Origin: Alphaproteobacteria bacterium
GTDB lineage: Bacteria; Pseudomonadota; Alphaproteobacteria; GCA-2731375
Assembly: GCA_965225945.1 (NCBI GenBank)
Contig: CBDDBZ010000037.1
Span: forward strand, 256,001-320,000
Direction: 5' to 3'
Length of the DNA stretch: 64,000 nucleotides
Made by a program: the position numbers and the translations under genes
In this document: positions 10,268 to 20,888 of the stretch, in pieces
Layout of the letters: each line of letters begins with the position of its first letter
Numbering within the stretch: position 1 is the stretch's first letter
The notes under the pieces: model-generated
Told to the model about the DNA's origin: nothing
Database searches by the model: none
What the model saw: the letters and a program-made list of their open reading frames with translations, nothing else

Positions 10268-10867
10268 TCAGACCCCCAGCTCGAGACTCGACCGTATCGG
10301 CTCGTTGCGTAAGCGTCGATACATCAACATCACGCTGTGCACGATCATCAGCGTTCCCGCGACCGGGATCGGATAGGCGAACACCGAGAGCGGAACACCG
10401 AGCGCAATCGTGTACATGACGTCGAGCGAGACCGCCGTCTTCCAGCCGTACCACACCACCGGAATCAGCACGAGAATGGTGACGACGTCGCCGAACAACC
10501 GGATCCAGCGCTGCCAACGATCGCCGATCATGTCGAACAGGATGGTCATGGAGATGTGGTCGTCGCTGCGCTGAATCGACGCCGCACCGAGCAACGCCAA
10601 CCATACCATGACCAAGCGCGCGAATTCCTCGGTCCAGGGAGCCGTCACGTAGTCCGACAGTGCATAGCGGATGCCGATCTGCAGGGTCAAGGAGATCAGC
10701 ATTCCGAGCAACAGGCAATACGAGACGGTGTCCTCGAATAGCTTCCAATAGTCGAGCCGTCCGCCCTCGGGCCACCAATCGCGGCGAAGGACTCGCGTTA
10801 TCACCAGTGCCCCCAGGACCATCAGTACGAAAAGTCCGATCAGCTCCCGGGGGATTGGCATGTTCAT
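10268..10867 (-). CDS. dctQ: TRAP transporter small permease
   Basis: WTEEFAR...HISM motif; GGAGA RBS before ATG 10867; extra N-terminal TM segment. Confidence 0.9.
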   Translation of the reverse strand: MNMPIPRELIGLFVLMVLGALVITRVLRRDWWPEGGRLDYWKLFEDTVSYCLLLGMLISLTLQIGIRYALSDYVTAPWTEEFARLVMVWLALLGAASIQRSDDHISMTILFDMIGDRWQRWIRLFGDVVTILVLIPVVWYGWKTAVSLDVMYTIALGVPLSVFAYPIPVAGTLMIVHSVMLMYRRLRNEPIRSSLELGV

Positions 10868-10907
10868 GTCGCTCTCTCCGAAGTTCCGTTGGGCGATGCG
10901 GGAGGCG

Positions 10908-11747
10908 TCAGCCCTGCCACGAGCCCCACCGGCCGGCGCCCACGGCCGCGAGGAAGGTCCCGACATGCAGATTGAAAAAATCCGGCTCCTCTGAATTGAG
11001 GGTGTGGCCACACATCGCCAGGACCACCATGCCGGCGTGCGGCGCGTGTTGGCAGATGAAACGACATGCGGCGAAGGCCGGTTCGTCCTGGTCGCCGACC
11101 ATCACCAGCGTCGGCACGTTCATCGCTCCGAGCTCCGCCTCGAGGTCGAAGATCGGCTTTCGGTTCATGAGCGCATTTCGCATCATATGGGCACAGCCGA
11201 GCGGTGAGAAATCGTCCATACCGGCGATGAATTCCTGCCATCCGCGCGGATCCTTGACGCGGAATACGATCCGCTGCGGCGCGTTCTCGACGTTGGCGAC
11301 GATCCCGGCGGTGCCGTCGCGTTCGATGTCATCGGCGAAGGTCTTGGCCGCGGCCAGCCAATTGTCGCGGTCCACGGTGCCGGCACCGGCTCCGGCGACG
11401 ACCAGTGCCCGGGCCAGACCCGGATGTCGAATGCCGAAATTCAGGGCCACGTTGCCGCCGGTCGCCAGGCCGGCGATATATGCCCGCTCGATATCGAGGA
11501 ACCGCAGGAGCTGGTGCAAATCCTCGATCAGGTCGTCATGGCCGTAAGACGCCGCGTCGGCGGGCACCTGCGAGGGCGGATAGCCGCGCTGGTTGTAAGT
11601 GATCACGCGATATCGGCGAGCGAAGTATCGGACCTGCGGCTCCCAGGCCCGCATGTCTCCCGCGAACTCGTGCACGAAGACGAGCGGGAAGCCGCTGCCC
11701 GTCTCTTCGTAATAGAGCTCGACACCGTTTACGATCGCTAACGCCAT
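10908..11747 (-). CDS. Alpha/beta hydrolase-fold protein
   Basis: LVFVHEF, YNQRGY, GLATGG elbow, VGDQD and GH motifs. Confidence 0.9.
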   Translation of the reverse strand: MALAIVNGVELYYEETGSGFPLVFVHEFAGDMRAWEPQVRYFARRYRVITYNQRGYPPSQVPADAASYGHDDLIEDLHQLLRFLDIERAYIAGLATGGNVALNFGIRHPGLARALVVAGAGAGTVDRDNWLAAAKTFADDIERDGTAGIVANVENAPQRIVFRVKDPRGWQEFIAGMDDFSPLGCAHMMRNALMNRKPIFDLEAELGAMNVPTLVMVGDQDEPAFAACRFICQHAPHAGMVVLAMCGHTLNSEEPDFFNLHVGTFLAAVGAGRWGSWQG

Positions 11748-11791
11748 GGCGGTCTTCCCCTGGATCACGTCGGTGGACAGACGGGGAGAGC

Positions 11792-11814
11792 GCGGGCGGC
11801 CACCGGCCGCCCGC
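11792..11814 (-). terminator. Intergenic hairpin after dctP (mRNA stabiliser or attenuator)
   Basis: GCGGGCGGCC-acc-GGCCGCCCGC perfect 10-bp stem; no U-tract. Confidence 0.55.
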
Positions 11815-11831
11815 TCCTCGAAAGAGTACGA

Positions 11832-12821
11832 CTATTGCTGAGCCGCCTTGACTTCCTTCAGCAGCTGGGGACCCACCAGGACGGAGAAGCGATCGTGAAC
11901 TTTCTGGGCCTTGGCGGCGAATGCCGCGCGGTCCGGTTCGATCACGTTGATGCCGTTCCGCTTCATTGTCGCGATGGCATCCTCGTTCGCTTTCTGGGCG
12001 CCGTCGCGCATCGTCTCGCCTGCCGCCTTGGCCGCCTGCAGGATGATTTCCTGATGTTTCTTCGACAGCGAGCCGAACTTGTCCATGTTCATCAGGTAGA
12101 CGGTCGCGGTGAAGATGTGGTTGGTCAGCGCGAGGTCGGTGGCAACCTCGTATAACTTGGCATCACCCATGCCGTGATAGTTGGTCTCGACACCGTCGAT
12201 CGCCTTCTGCTGCAAGCCGGAATAGACCTCGGGCCACGCCATCGGCACCGGGTTGCCGCCGAAGGCTTTGATCGTCTGGACGTACAGCGGATTCTCGACG
12301 ATCCGCATCTTGCGACCCTTCATGCTGTCGGGCGACTTGATCGGGAAGCCGTTGGTAAGAAAGCCGCGGAAGCCCCAGACACCCCAGCCGAGACCCTTGA
12401 TCCCCTTGGGCTCCATCAGCGCGAGGATCTTCCGGCCGATTGGACCGGAGAGCACCTTCCAGGCCGACTCCCGGCTCTTCCAGATAAACGGCAGCTCGGT
12501 GATGCTGAAAGTCGGCTCTATGTTCGCCGCCAGCCCCGAGCCGACCATGGCAATGTCGAGGGTGCCCAAACGCACCTGCGCGACCATCTCGAGTTCACCG
12601 CCGAGCTGTCCGTTCGGAAAGATCGTGATCTTGATCTCGCCGTTCGACAACTCTTCCACCACTTGTTTGAATTTCGTCGAACCCTTCCCGGCGATCGCCT
12701 TTATCGTGGTGACGTGGCCGATCCGCAATTTCACTTCGGCCAGCGCCGCGTTGCCGCCGAAGGCGACGATAGCGACGGCGACGATCGCCGCCGTCGAAAC
12801 GGTGGTAAATCGTTGCAACAT
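11832..12821 (-). CDS. dctP: TRAP substrate-binding protein
   Basis: Signal peptide; FPNGQLGGE, GFR, KMR and EVYSGLQQKAIDG motifs; GGAGGAG RBS. Confidence 0.95.
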   Translation of the reverse strand: MLQRFTTVSTAAIVAVAIVAFGGNAALAEVKLRIGHVTTIKAIAGKGSTKFKQVVEELSNGEIKITIFPNGQLGGELEMVAQVRLGTLDIAMVGSGLAANIEPTFSITELPFIWKSRESAWKVLSGPIGRKILALMEPKGIKGLGWGVWGFRGFLTNGFPIKSPDSMKGRKMRIVENPLYVQTIKAFGGNPVPMAWPEVYSGLQQKAIDGVETNYHGMGDAKLYEVATDLALTNHIFTATVYLMNMDKFGSLSKKHQEIILQAAKAAGETMRDGAQKANEDAIATMKRNGINVIEPDRAAFAAKAQKVHDRFSVLVGPQLLKEVKAAQQ

Positions 12822-13256
12822 GTGTGATTCTCCTCCCAATCTGCGGGGTGGGCGTGATGGACGGAGCCTCGAGTTCTCGCACGACGCGCCGCCAGCCGCA
12901 TTTCACCGCCACTAATCCTCGCACGATCCGAGCGGGCCTGACAATACGACATGCGTCCGGCTTGAATTCACGCTGGACACATGTCGTCAAATCGTCACCA
13001 AGCACCCGCCGACAAGCTGTCGCGAGGCCTCCGGAACATACCGCCGACGCTTTTCGCGGCGGCCCTCCGGTTTACGCTCGTCGCATTGTCCCGATGGCTA
13101 TTTCCGGCTAATTGTGAAAGGCATGAGCGGGCGACGGGCGTGACGAGGGCCGCCATGGCCCGTCATGGGGATCGAAGGCCGACGACGGCATGCCGCTGGT
13201 ACCGGAAAGCCGTGCGCTCCCGAAACCCACGGCGGCTTTCGAGGGGAGGATCGGAG

Positions 13257-14540
13257 ATGTCGAACAGTCTCAACGAACTCAGCGCCACCGAGGCCGCCGC
13301 CCGGATCGCGGACGGCGACATTTCGTCGGAGGCGCTGGTGCGCGCCTGTCTGGAACGAATCGAAGCGCGCGAGCCGGACGTCGCGGCATGGATCTATCTC
13401 GATCCAAGTCACGCCCTCGCGCAGGCGCGGCGGCGTGACAGCGAGGCCGCCACCGGGCCCCTGCATGGCATCCCGGTCGGCTTCAAGGACATCGTCGACA
13501 CCGCCGACATGCCCACCGCCTACGGCTCGCCGATCTACCGCGACTGTCGGCCCACGACCGACGCGGTTTGCGTTGCCAATACGCGCGCCGCCGGCGGCAT
13601 CGTGATGGGCAAGACGGTCAGCACCGAGTTCGCGTTCCGCTATCCCGGCAGGACCGCCAACCCGCACAACCGCCTGTATTCACCGGGCGGCTCGTCCAGC
13701 GGCTCGGCCGCCGCCGTCGCCGACCGCATGGTGCCGCTCGCGGTGGGGACGCAGACCGGCGGCTCCGTCATTCGTCCCGCCGCCTATTGCGGCGTTTACG
13801 GCTACAAGGCGACCTACAACCTGCTGAGCTTCGCCGGCGTGCGCCATCTCGCCGAGGCATTCGATAATCTCGGCTGCATGGCGCGCACGCTCGACGACAT
13901 CGCGCTGTTCCGCGGCGTGCTCATGGCAATCCCGCCGCGGCCGATCGGCGCGGGGATGGAAACGCCGCCCCGCATCGCCTTCTGTCGCACCCCGTTCTGG
14001 CAGGAGGCGCAGGACGCCACGCGCGAGCTCATCGAGGACGCGGCCGGGCGCCTCGCCGGCAGCGGCGCCGAGGTCGCGGACTTCGAGCTACCACCGTCGT
14101 TCGACGGCATCCTGGATCTCACCTGGCAGGTTACGCATTTCGAATGCGCCCGTTGCTTCGCCTACGACTACGCAGAGCATGCCGACACCATTTCCAGCGC
14201 GGTCCGTGACGCCGTCGAGGCGGGGCGCGCGGTCCCCTATGAGCGCTATATCGAGAATCTGAGGACGCTGGAGTCGCTGCGTGGCGAGATTCACGCCGCG
14301 CTCGACGGATTCGACGCGATCCTGACGCCGAGCGCCGTGGGCGAGGCGCCGCTCGGGCTTGGCGACACTGGCCCCATCACTTTCAATTTTCTATGGACGG
14401 TGCTGCATATGCCGGCCATCACGCTGCCGCTGTTCACCGGCCCGAACGGCTTGCCGATCGGCGCCCAGCTCGTCGCGCGACGCCACGACGACGACCGCCT
14501 GCTGGCGATTGCGCGTTGGGTCGAGCGCCACATCGGCTGA
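13257..14540 (+). CDS. Amidase signature family enzyme
   Basis: GFKD, PGGSSSGSAAAV and GTQTGGSVIRPA (Lys-Ser-Ser triad). Confidence 0.95.
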   Translation: MSNSLNELSATEAAARIADGDISSEALVRACLERIEAREPDVAAWIYLDPSHALAQARRRDSEAATGPLHGIPVGFKDIVDTADMPTAYGSPIYRDCRPTTDAVCVANTRAAGGIVMGKTVSTEFAFRYPGRTANPHNRLYSPGGSSSGSAAAVADRMVPLAVGTQTGGSVIRPAAYCGVYGYKATYNLLSFAGVRHLAEAFDNLGCMARTLDDIALFRGVLMAIPPRPIGAGMETPPRIAFCRTPFWQEAQDATRELIEDAAGRLAGSGAEVADFELPPSFDGILDLTWQVTHFECARCFAYDYAEHADTISSAVRDAVEAGRAVPYERYIENLRTLESLRGEIHAALDGFDAILTPSAVGEAPLGLGDTGPITFNFLWTVLHMPAITLPLFTGPNGLPIGAQLVARRHDDDRLLAIARWVERHIG

Positions 14541-14547
14541 GCGAGGG

Positions 14548-15168
14548 CTATCCTCTGGCTCGCGCCAGGGCGCGCTCGAGCAGGTCGAGCCGATCCTGGC
14601 CCCAGAAGGGCTCGTCCGCGAAGATGTAGAACGGCATGCCGAACACGCCTTGGGTGATCGCGCGGTCCGTCTGTTCCGTGTAGAGGCGCTCGATCTCGGG
14701 CAGCGCTGCTGCGGCGAGCAGCGTTGAGCCATCGAAGCCCTCGGCCGCGGCGATCCCGAACAGCTCCTCGGGGCCAAACGGAAAGCGTTCCTCGGTCCAG
14801 AGCACCCGCGAGATCGCATGGGCGAGCCGCAGCGAGTCGAGGCCGGCGCGTTTCGCCGCGGTCACCATCAGGGCAGCCTGGCGCTCATCGGGCTCCTCGA
14901 CCTCGCCGCGATAAAAGCGCGGTTCCGGGTTGAGCGGGACGCCACGCACCTCGCTCCAGCGCTTGAGCTCGATCAACCGATAGGCTTTACGCAGCGGCGG
15001 CCGTTTCGGTAGCGGCACGGTGCCGGCGGCGTCGAACATGCGGTCGTAATCGATGATGATCGGATCGATCGTTACGTCGTGGCGTGCGGCGATCTCCCGC
15101 AGCCGATCGTTCCCCAGATACGACCAGGGCGAGGCAAGCGCGTAGTAATACTTTATCTGCCGCTCCAT
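14548..15168 (-). CDS. 2-hydroxychromene-2-carboxylate isomerase / kappa GST (DsbA-like)
   Basis: SPWSYLG, GVFGMP and FWGQDRL motifs. Confidence 0.92.
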   Translation of the reverse strand: MERQIKYYYALASPWSYLGNDRLREIAARHDVTIDPIIIDYDRMFDAAGTVPLPKRPPLRKAYRLIELKRWSEVRGVPLNPEPRFYRGEVEEPDERQAALMVTAAKRAGLDSLRLAHAISRVLWTEERFPFGPEELFGIAAAEGFDGSTLLAAAALPEIERLYTEQTDRAITQGVFGMPFYIFADEPFWGQDRLDLLERALARARG

Positions 15169-15453
15169 ACCGCGATCCCCGCCTATCGAACGCGCCCGCC
15201 GATTGGTGCGCCCCCAGCAAGGTATTGCCGTGCCTTCTGCTTGACAACACCGGCTTTTGGCAACTGATCGGTCCGATCGCGATCTTTGCGACAACGCCCT
15301 CGGCGCGCGACATACTCGCCGGCCGTCTTGCCGCGTGACGCCACGCCGCGGGTCGACTTCTCACGGCTCCGCTCCCTGAATTGACGACGAGGTCGTATGA
15401 GTTCGAGCGCGCAGGGCTTGAGGCGACCGCACCGATGGTAGAAGATTGTCTCG

Positions 15454-16638
15454 CTAGTGTCCCGATTCCGAAGTTCGCATGATTTTCGCCTGCTGTTCAG
15501 CTATTTCGATTGTTCGGAGGCAGAAGCGCTGGATGGCGCCGAGGATGTCATCGGCGGATTTGGTCCATTTGAAGGGTTTGGGGTTCTGGTTTGTCGTGTC
15601 GATGTAGTCGAGGATGGTGCGCTCCAACTCCTTGGTGGAGCGATGGACGCCGCGCCTGATCTGCTTGTCGGTCAGCAGCCCGAACCAGCGCTCGACCTGG
15701 TTGAGCCAGGAGGCGCTGGTGGGTGTGAAATGGGCCTGCCAGCGCGGCCGTTTGGCGAACCAGTCGCGGATCGCCTTGGTCTTGTGGGTCCCGTAGTTGT
15801 CCATGACGATGTGGATGTCGAGATCACCAGGGACGTTCGCCTCGACGAGGTCGAGGAATTTGCGGAACTCTCGGGCCCGATGGCGCGGGAAACATTTGCC
15901 GATGATCTCTCCCGTGGCGATGTCGAGGGCCGCGAAGAGAGAGGTCGTGCCGTGGCGCTTGTAGTCGTGGCTGCGCCGCTCCGCCTGCCCGGGGCGCATC
16001 GGCAAGAGGGGCTGGGAACGGTCCAAGGCCTGGATCTGGCTCTTTTCGTCGACACAGAGAACCAGGGCACGATCCGGCGGCGCCAAATACAGACCGACGA
16101 TGTCGCGGACCTTCTCCACGAAGAAGGGATCGCTCGACAGCTTGAAGGTCTCCGAGCGATGCGGCTGCAAGCCGAAGGCCCGCCAGATGCGATGAATGGT
16201 CGAGGGCGCGTGGCCGCTCGCCCGCGCCATCGAGCGAAGGCTCCAATGGGTCGCGTCCGGCGGCGTCTCTTCCAGCGTCAGCCGGACCGCTTCCGCGATG
16301 GCGTCATCGCCGATTTGACGCGGCGCGCCGGGGCGGGGTTCGTCGTACAGACCGTCGAGGCCCTCCGCCGCATAGCGGCGACGCCACTTGCCCACGGTGT
16401 CCGCGCTCGCCTCGAGACGAACGGCGATCTCCTTGTTCTCCAACCCTTCCGCCGCCGCCAAGACGATCCGAGCCCGCCGCGCAAGCCCCTGCGACGTCTT
16501 GCGACGACGAGACAGCGCCTCCAATTCGGCGCGCTCGTCATCGCTCAAAGAGATCGTCACCGCCACTCTCGCCATCAATCGCGCCTCCTGAAAACAAATA
16601 GAGACATAATCATATCAATTTATCGATCAGGACACTAG
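15454..16638 (-). mobile_element. IS630-family element type B (transposase 15454-16578)
   Basis: Ends CTAGTGTCCCGAT / ATCAGGACACTAG with CTAG at both sides; CVDEKS, MDNY and WLNQVE motifs. Confidence 0.95.
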
Positions 16639-17377
16639 ACCTCAACCGACATTCCCCAGATGCCATCCAAATTCGTGGAATTCGTACCACCGTCCCACGC
16701 CAAAGGAACTGCATCCCTGCCGTAGCCATCTGATGGTCTGATTTTGGAGATCGGCCCTCGTTTGAAAGGCATTCGCTCAGATTTCCCACCATTCAGACCC
16801 ACCCCTCCTGTCGTCTTCACCTGGCCCCCCTCCCCCCGCCGACCCCCACCCTGAGGCGCCGGCACGACGAGCCCCCGAGGCACCGCCGGCGAGCCCGTGG
16901 ACAAGCAAAGAAACCGCACGGCGGAAATCCAGCGAGAGAGAGCAAAGTCAATTAGACAGCAACTCGATTAGACAACAAAACCCCGTTTTCACCCCGCCTC
17001 GACCCGGGCAAAGGGGCCACCATTTGATGCAGGGCGGACCACGGTCGGCGCGGAAGGAATCACTTTCCCGCCGCCGAAGAGGCTCGAGACCGACCCTCCC
17101 GGCACTGCGGGAAAGCCATCGCCTAGGACGTCATTTTTGCCCCGAGAGAAGCGAAAGCATTCATTTCCGGAGCACGTTTGAATACCCGATGAGGACGCCT
17201 TGTCACCGCCGCGGCGCCCCTCGGCCCCTCCGGGGAGAAAAAATCGGGGGCAGTCGCGACCTATTTTGGGTCTGCCACCGCCCCCGGAATGTCGTGGCCG
17301 GTGGCGCCGGGAGGGAGAATGACGCCGTACGGGACCACGACCACACCGAAGGGAGGGCAAAGCGTGGGAGGAAGTGC

Positions 17378-18961
17378 TCAGCCGGCCTCCGCTCGATTTG
17401 GCGTTTTCTCGCGCCCGCCGCCGCGCCGGCTCAACAACAGGTCGATGTCGACCGCGTCTCGCAATTCCGCCGGCATATGGGTCTCGGCGTATTCCCGCCA
17501 GACCCGGGAATCGAGGAAGAGAGCGAAGATATCGGCGTCGATCTCCACCGCATCGCGCATCCTGGCCATGATGGAGAGCGCCTCGCTCAAGGTCTTGCCG
17601 CGCTTGTAGGGCCGGTCGCCCGCGGTCAGCGCCTCGAAGATGTCGGCGATTACCAGCATCCTGGACGGGATCGAGAGCTCCTCGCCCGTGAGGCCTTTGG
17701 GATAGCCGGTGCCGTTGATCTTCTCGTGATGCGCGCCGGCGATCTCCGTCACCCGGGCGAGCTCGGCGGGGAAGGGCAGTTCGCGCAGCATCTCGATGGA
17801 GACCTCGACGTGGCGGTTGATGATCTGGCGCTCCGCCGGGTTCAGCGTGCCGATCCGGATCGACAGGTTGGCGATCTCGTCCTCGCTCAGCAGCGGGCGC
17901 GTGAAGCCTTCGTGGTCGCGCCACGCGCGGGCGGCGATGGCCTCGACCCGCGCCAGCATCTCGTCGGTCATGAAGGTCTCGCCGTGGTTGGCGTGGACGA
18001 GGAAGGCGAGGTCGTCGTCCAGCCGGCCGATCTCGGCGTACATTTGGGCGCGGCGTTGCTCGCCCTGCTCGGGGTGGCGAAGGATGTGCTTCAGGCAATC
18101 GATCTCGACCTCGCGCTTGGTGATCTCGAAGCGCGCGGAAATCTCGTGAATCCGGTCGTGCACGGTCTCCAGCCGCGTCGCCTTGTCGACCACGTGCTCC
18201 GGCGTCGCGAGCTTGCCGCAGTCGTGTAGCCAGGCGGCGAGCGACAGTTCCTCGAGCCCGTCCTCGTCCAGCTCGAAATCTTCGAAGGGGCCTCGGTCGC
18301 TGGCGCAGGCGGCCCGTGCCAGGAGCTCGTAGATCACCGGCACGCGCCGGCAATGGGCGCCGGTATAGGGCGACATTGCGTCGATCGCGGCGGTCATCAT
18401 CCGAACCAGGGCGCGGAAGAACGCTCGGCTTTCCGCCTTCCGGCGATGCGTGCGCTGCGCGCTGCGCGCGCTCGCCGCCAGGGCCGCCACGCGCTCGCGC
18501 GCCCTGTCGTCGAAGCGCCGGATTTCGACCTCGCCGGTCTCGCGGTAGAGCGAGAGCACGGCGATCGTCTCGCCGTCCTCGTCGGGAATCGGAATTGCGA
18601 GGGCCGCGCTCACCCGCGAGCCGAGAGCGGCGAGGAAGCCCGTGGTGCGATCGAAGGGCGCGAGCGCGTCCGGCCCGTCGAGGTGGATGCTCCGGCCTTC
18701 GAGCGCCGCGTGACAGGCGAGGTCGGCCACATCGGCCTCGCCGCTCTCCGCACACCTGAGGGGTCGGGCGGGGAAGGGGCTCGGCGCGGCGTCGCCGCCA
18801 TAGGCGATGCCGGCGCGGGCGAGGCGCAGGAGGTGCGGGCGGGCGCTGCTGTCCTCGATCAGGTGGATCAGGCCGGCCTCGGCGTCTGCTTGGCGCATGG
18901 CGCCCTCCAACAGCCGTTGCCAGGACGCCTCGAGCGTCGGTGCGTCGGCGATCTCGGCCAT
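17378..18961 (-). CDS. GAF + HD-GYP phosphodiesterase (true start possibly 19110, frameshifted)
   Basis: YTGAHC, WLHDCGK, HHEKINGTGYP and ADIFEALT motifs. Confidence 0.92.
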   Translation of the reverse strand: MAEIADAPTLEASWQRLLEGAMRQADAEAGLIHLIEDSSARPHLLRLARAGIAYGGDAAPSPFPARPLRCAESGEADVADLACHAALEGRSIHLDGPDALAPFDRTTGFLAALGSRVSAALAIPIPDEDGETIAVLSLYRETGEVEIRRFDDRARERVAALAASARSAQRTHRRKAESRAFFRALVRMMTAAIDAMSPYTGAHCRRVPVIYELLARAACASDRGPFEDFELDEDGLEELSLAAWLHDCGKLATPEHVVDKATRLETVHDRIHEISARFEITKREVEIDCLKHILRHPEQGEQRRAQMYAEIGRLDDDLAFLVHANHGETFMTDEMLARVEAIAARAWRDHEGFTRPLLSEDEIANLSIRIGTLNPAERQIINRHVEVSIEMLRELPFPAELARVTEIAGAHHEKINGTGYPKGLTGEELSIPSRMLVIADIFEALTAGDRPYKRGKTLSEALSIMARMRDAVEIDADIFALFLDSRVWREYAETHMPAELRDAVDIDLLLSRRGGGREKTPNRAEAG

Positions 18962-19000
18962 GCAGGTGGCGAGTGTCTCGGGTGCCGGCGGGTTCGCCGG

Positions 19001-19054
19001 CGCCCGGGCCTCTGCCGCCGCCCGGGCCTCTGCCGCCGCCCGGGCCTCTGCCTC
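19001..19054. repeat. 3 x 18-bp tandem repeat
   Basis: CGCCCGGGCCTCTGCCGC twice plus one near-copy. Confidence 0.9.
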
Positions 19055-19168
19055 GCCGCCGCCCGCTCGGCGTGCAGGTAGGTGACCTTGGCCTCGATCG
19101 TTGGCGTCATGACGATTTTCCCCCTCGCCGAGCCCGCGCCGCTCGATTGTCGTCGGCCCGGCGCCTCA

Positions 19169-20740
19169 TCAGGCCGTCGCCGTGCTCGCGCCGTCGCGGA
19201 CATCGGCGATTTCGGTAACGATCATGTCCGGGTAGCGCGACCGCGTGTCCGCGTTCCGCGCCGCCTCGTCGATCAGGTGGCTGACCGGCGCGTAGAGCGA
19301 GGGCACCAGCGCCCGGCCGCCACCGGCATGGGCGTGGCGAATGCCGTGGCGAACCCGCGCCCGCTCGGCCTCGGAGAGCCCAGCGATCATGTCCTTCGTC
19401 GCCCAGATCGCGCCGCCCGGCGCCAGATCCGACAGCGCCCGGGCGCGGGCGAGCGTGTCGCCCAGCACCGAGAATTCGAGATTGGTTGGCGAATGCAGGC
19501 AACCGAACCACTCCTGCCCCTCGGCGAGACCCATGGTGAGCACCAACTCGTCCACGCCGCCGTGCCGCCCGCTCCATTCCCGGCTGATCCGGCGCATGGT
19601 TTCGCGCAGCTCGGTCGCGCACAGAAGCGCGTTCATGACGTAATTGCAGTCGGGCTGGGGGAAGAAATAGTACACCAGGCCATCGCTCAGGTGCTTGCCG
19701 TGGGTGCCGTAATAGCGGCGGAACACCGCCTCCATGGCATGCCAGACGTCGTTCACCAGGGCGAAATAGTCCTCGGGCGCCAGCATGGCGCGAAGCGCGT
19801 CGGAATTCTCCAAGTCGGCGACCAGCACCGCCAAGTGGGTCAGCGACGGCAGGCGCTGCTTCAGCAGGTCGCGCACGACCTGCTCGCGCCTGGCCAGCAG
19901 CTCGAGCAGGGATTCGATCTCGTCCTCGGCCGGCACATAGGCGAACAGCACGCCCTCGCGGAAGAAGGTCGCGTGCAGATCGTAGGCGACGGATACACCG
20001 AGTTCGTCGGACAGCTCCGCCGCGACACGGACGATGTGGCGCATGCCGACGGAAGGCGTCTCGCGATGCAGGCGGACCAGGAGCTCGGCGCCCTCGGTGC
20101 CGATGTGGGGCGCGAGGGCGGCCAGCGCCTCCGCGGGCACCCGGTTTCGCGCCACGCCGACGTGGAGCCTGAGCGCTTCCAGCCAATCCCGCTCGCTCGG
20201 CGGCTCATGGGCTTCCAGCAGCAGGCGAAAGACGTTGCGCGCCTCGATCTCGGCCTCGAGCCCCTGGCGGCGGTGGAAGATCTCCTGCGCCGCCTGGTGA
20301 TTCCACCATTCGAGCTCGAAATAGTTGTTCACCATGTAGGCCGGATGCGGCAGGTCGTCGATGGAGAGCCGTAGCGGGCGGCCCGGCTGCACCACGCGCG
20401 GGGGGCCGGGCGAGCGCCGGATCACCGCCGCGACCGCCGCTGTGTCGTCCACGTCGTTGGTGGCTTCGCGCGCGAGCGGAACCGCGCGCGCCTCGCCGTC
20501 CTCGTCCACGGCGAACCGTTCGGCGATCTCCGCCATCGAAAGGCCCTGTTTCTTGTAGACCTGGACCTGCTCGATCCGCTCGATCGCGTTGTCGTCGAAA
20601 TAGCCGATGCGGCGCGCGCCGCCGCTGCTCGGTCCGGCGAGGCCGACGATCGGGCGCCCCAGGATGCCCAGCGCGATGTAGTTGTTGAGCGTGGCGCGGG
20701 AAATGCCGGTGCGCTCCATGACCTCGTGGCTGGTCAACAC
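19169..20740 (-). CDS. MerR-like HTH + class III cyclase-homology domain protein
   Basis: LTSHEVMERTGISRATLNNYIALG HTH; VLVADLENS, KHLSDG and VLGDT cyclase-fold motifs; start GTG/TTG 20740/20737 inferred. Confidence 0.82.
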   Translation of the reverse strand: MLTSHEVMERTGISRATLNNYIALGILGRPIVGLAGPSSGGARRIGYFDDNAIERIEQVQVYKKQGLSMAEIAERFAVDEDGEARAVPLAREATNDVDDTAAVAAVIRRSPGPPRVVQPGRPLRLSIDDLPHPAYMVNNYFELEWWNHQAAQEIFHRRQGLEAEIEARNVFRLLLEAHEPPSERDWLEALRLHVGVARNRVPAEALAALAPHIGTEGAELLVRLHRETPSVGMRHIVRVAAELSDELGVSVAYDLHATFFREGVLFAYVPAEDEIESLLELLARREQVVRDLLKQRLPSLTHLAVLVADLENSDALRAMLAPEDYFALVNDVWHAMEAVFRRYYGTHGKHLSDGLVYYFFPQPDCNYVMNALLCATELRETMRRISREWSGRHGGVDELVLTMGLAEGQEWFGCLHSPTNLEFSVLGDTLARARALSDLAPGGAIWATKDMIAGLSEAERARVRHGIRHAHAGGGRALVPSLYAPVSHLIDEAARNADTRSRYPDMIVTEIADVRDGASTATA

Positions 20741-20888
20741 AGCGCTGGTGCCGAAAGGGAGAAAAAAATGGGTGAACCATCCGTCGCCCCTCCGCCGGGA
20801 CCGGGGAGGAGGGAGGAGAGGGAGAAAATCCCCGGTCCTTGGATGCAAGCGGCGAGGTCAGGGAGGAGGGACCGCGCCCCATCCGGGC

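Noticed and set aside
13096-13108. GGCTATTTCCGGC resembling the cyclase IR
   Set aside because: Has an extra base and no adjoining leader or cyclase codons.
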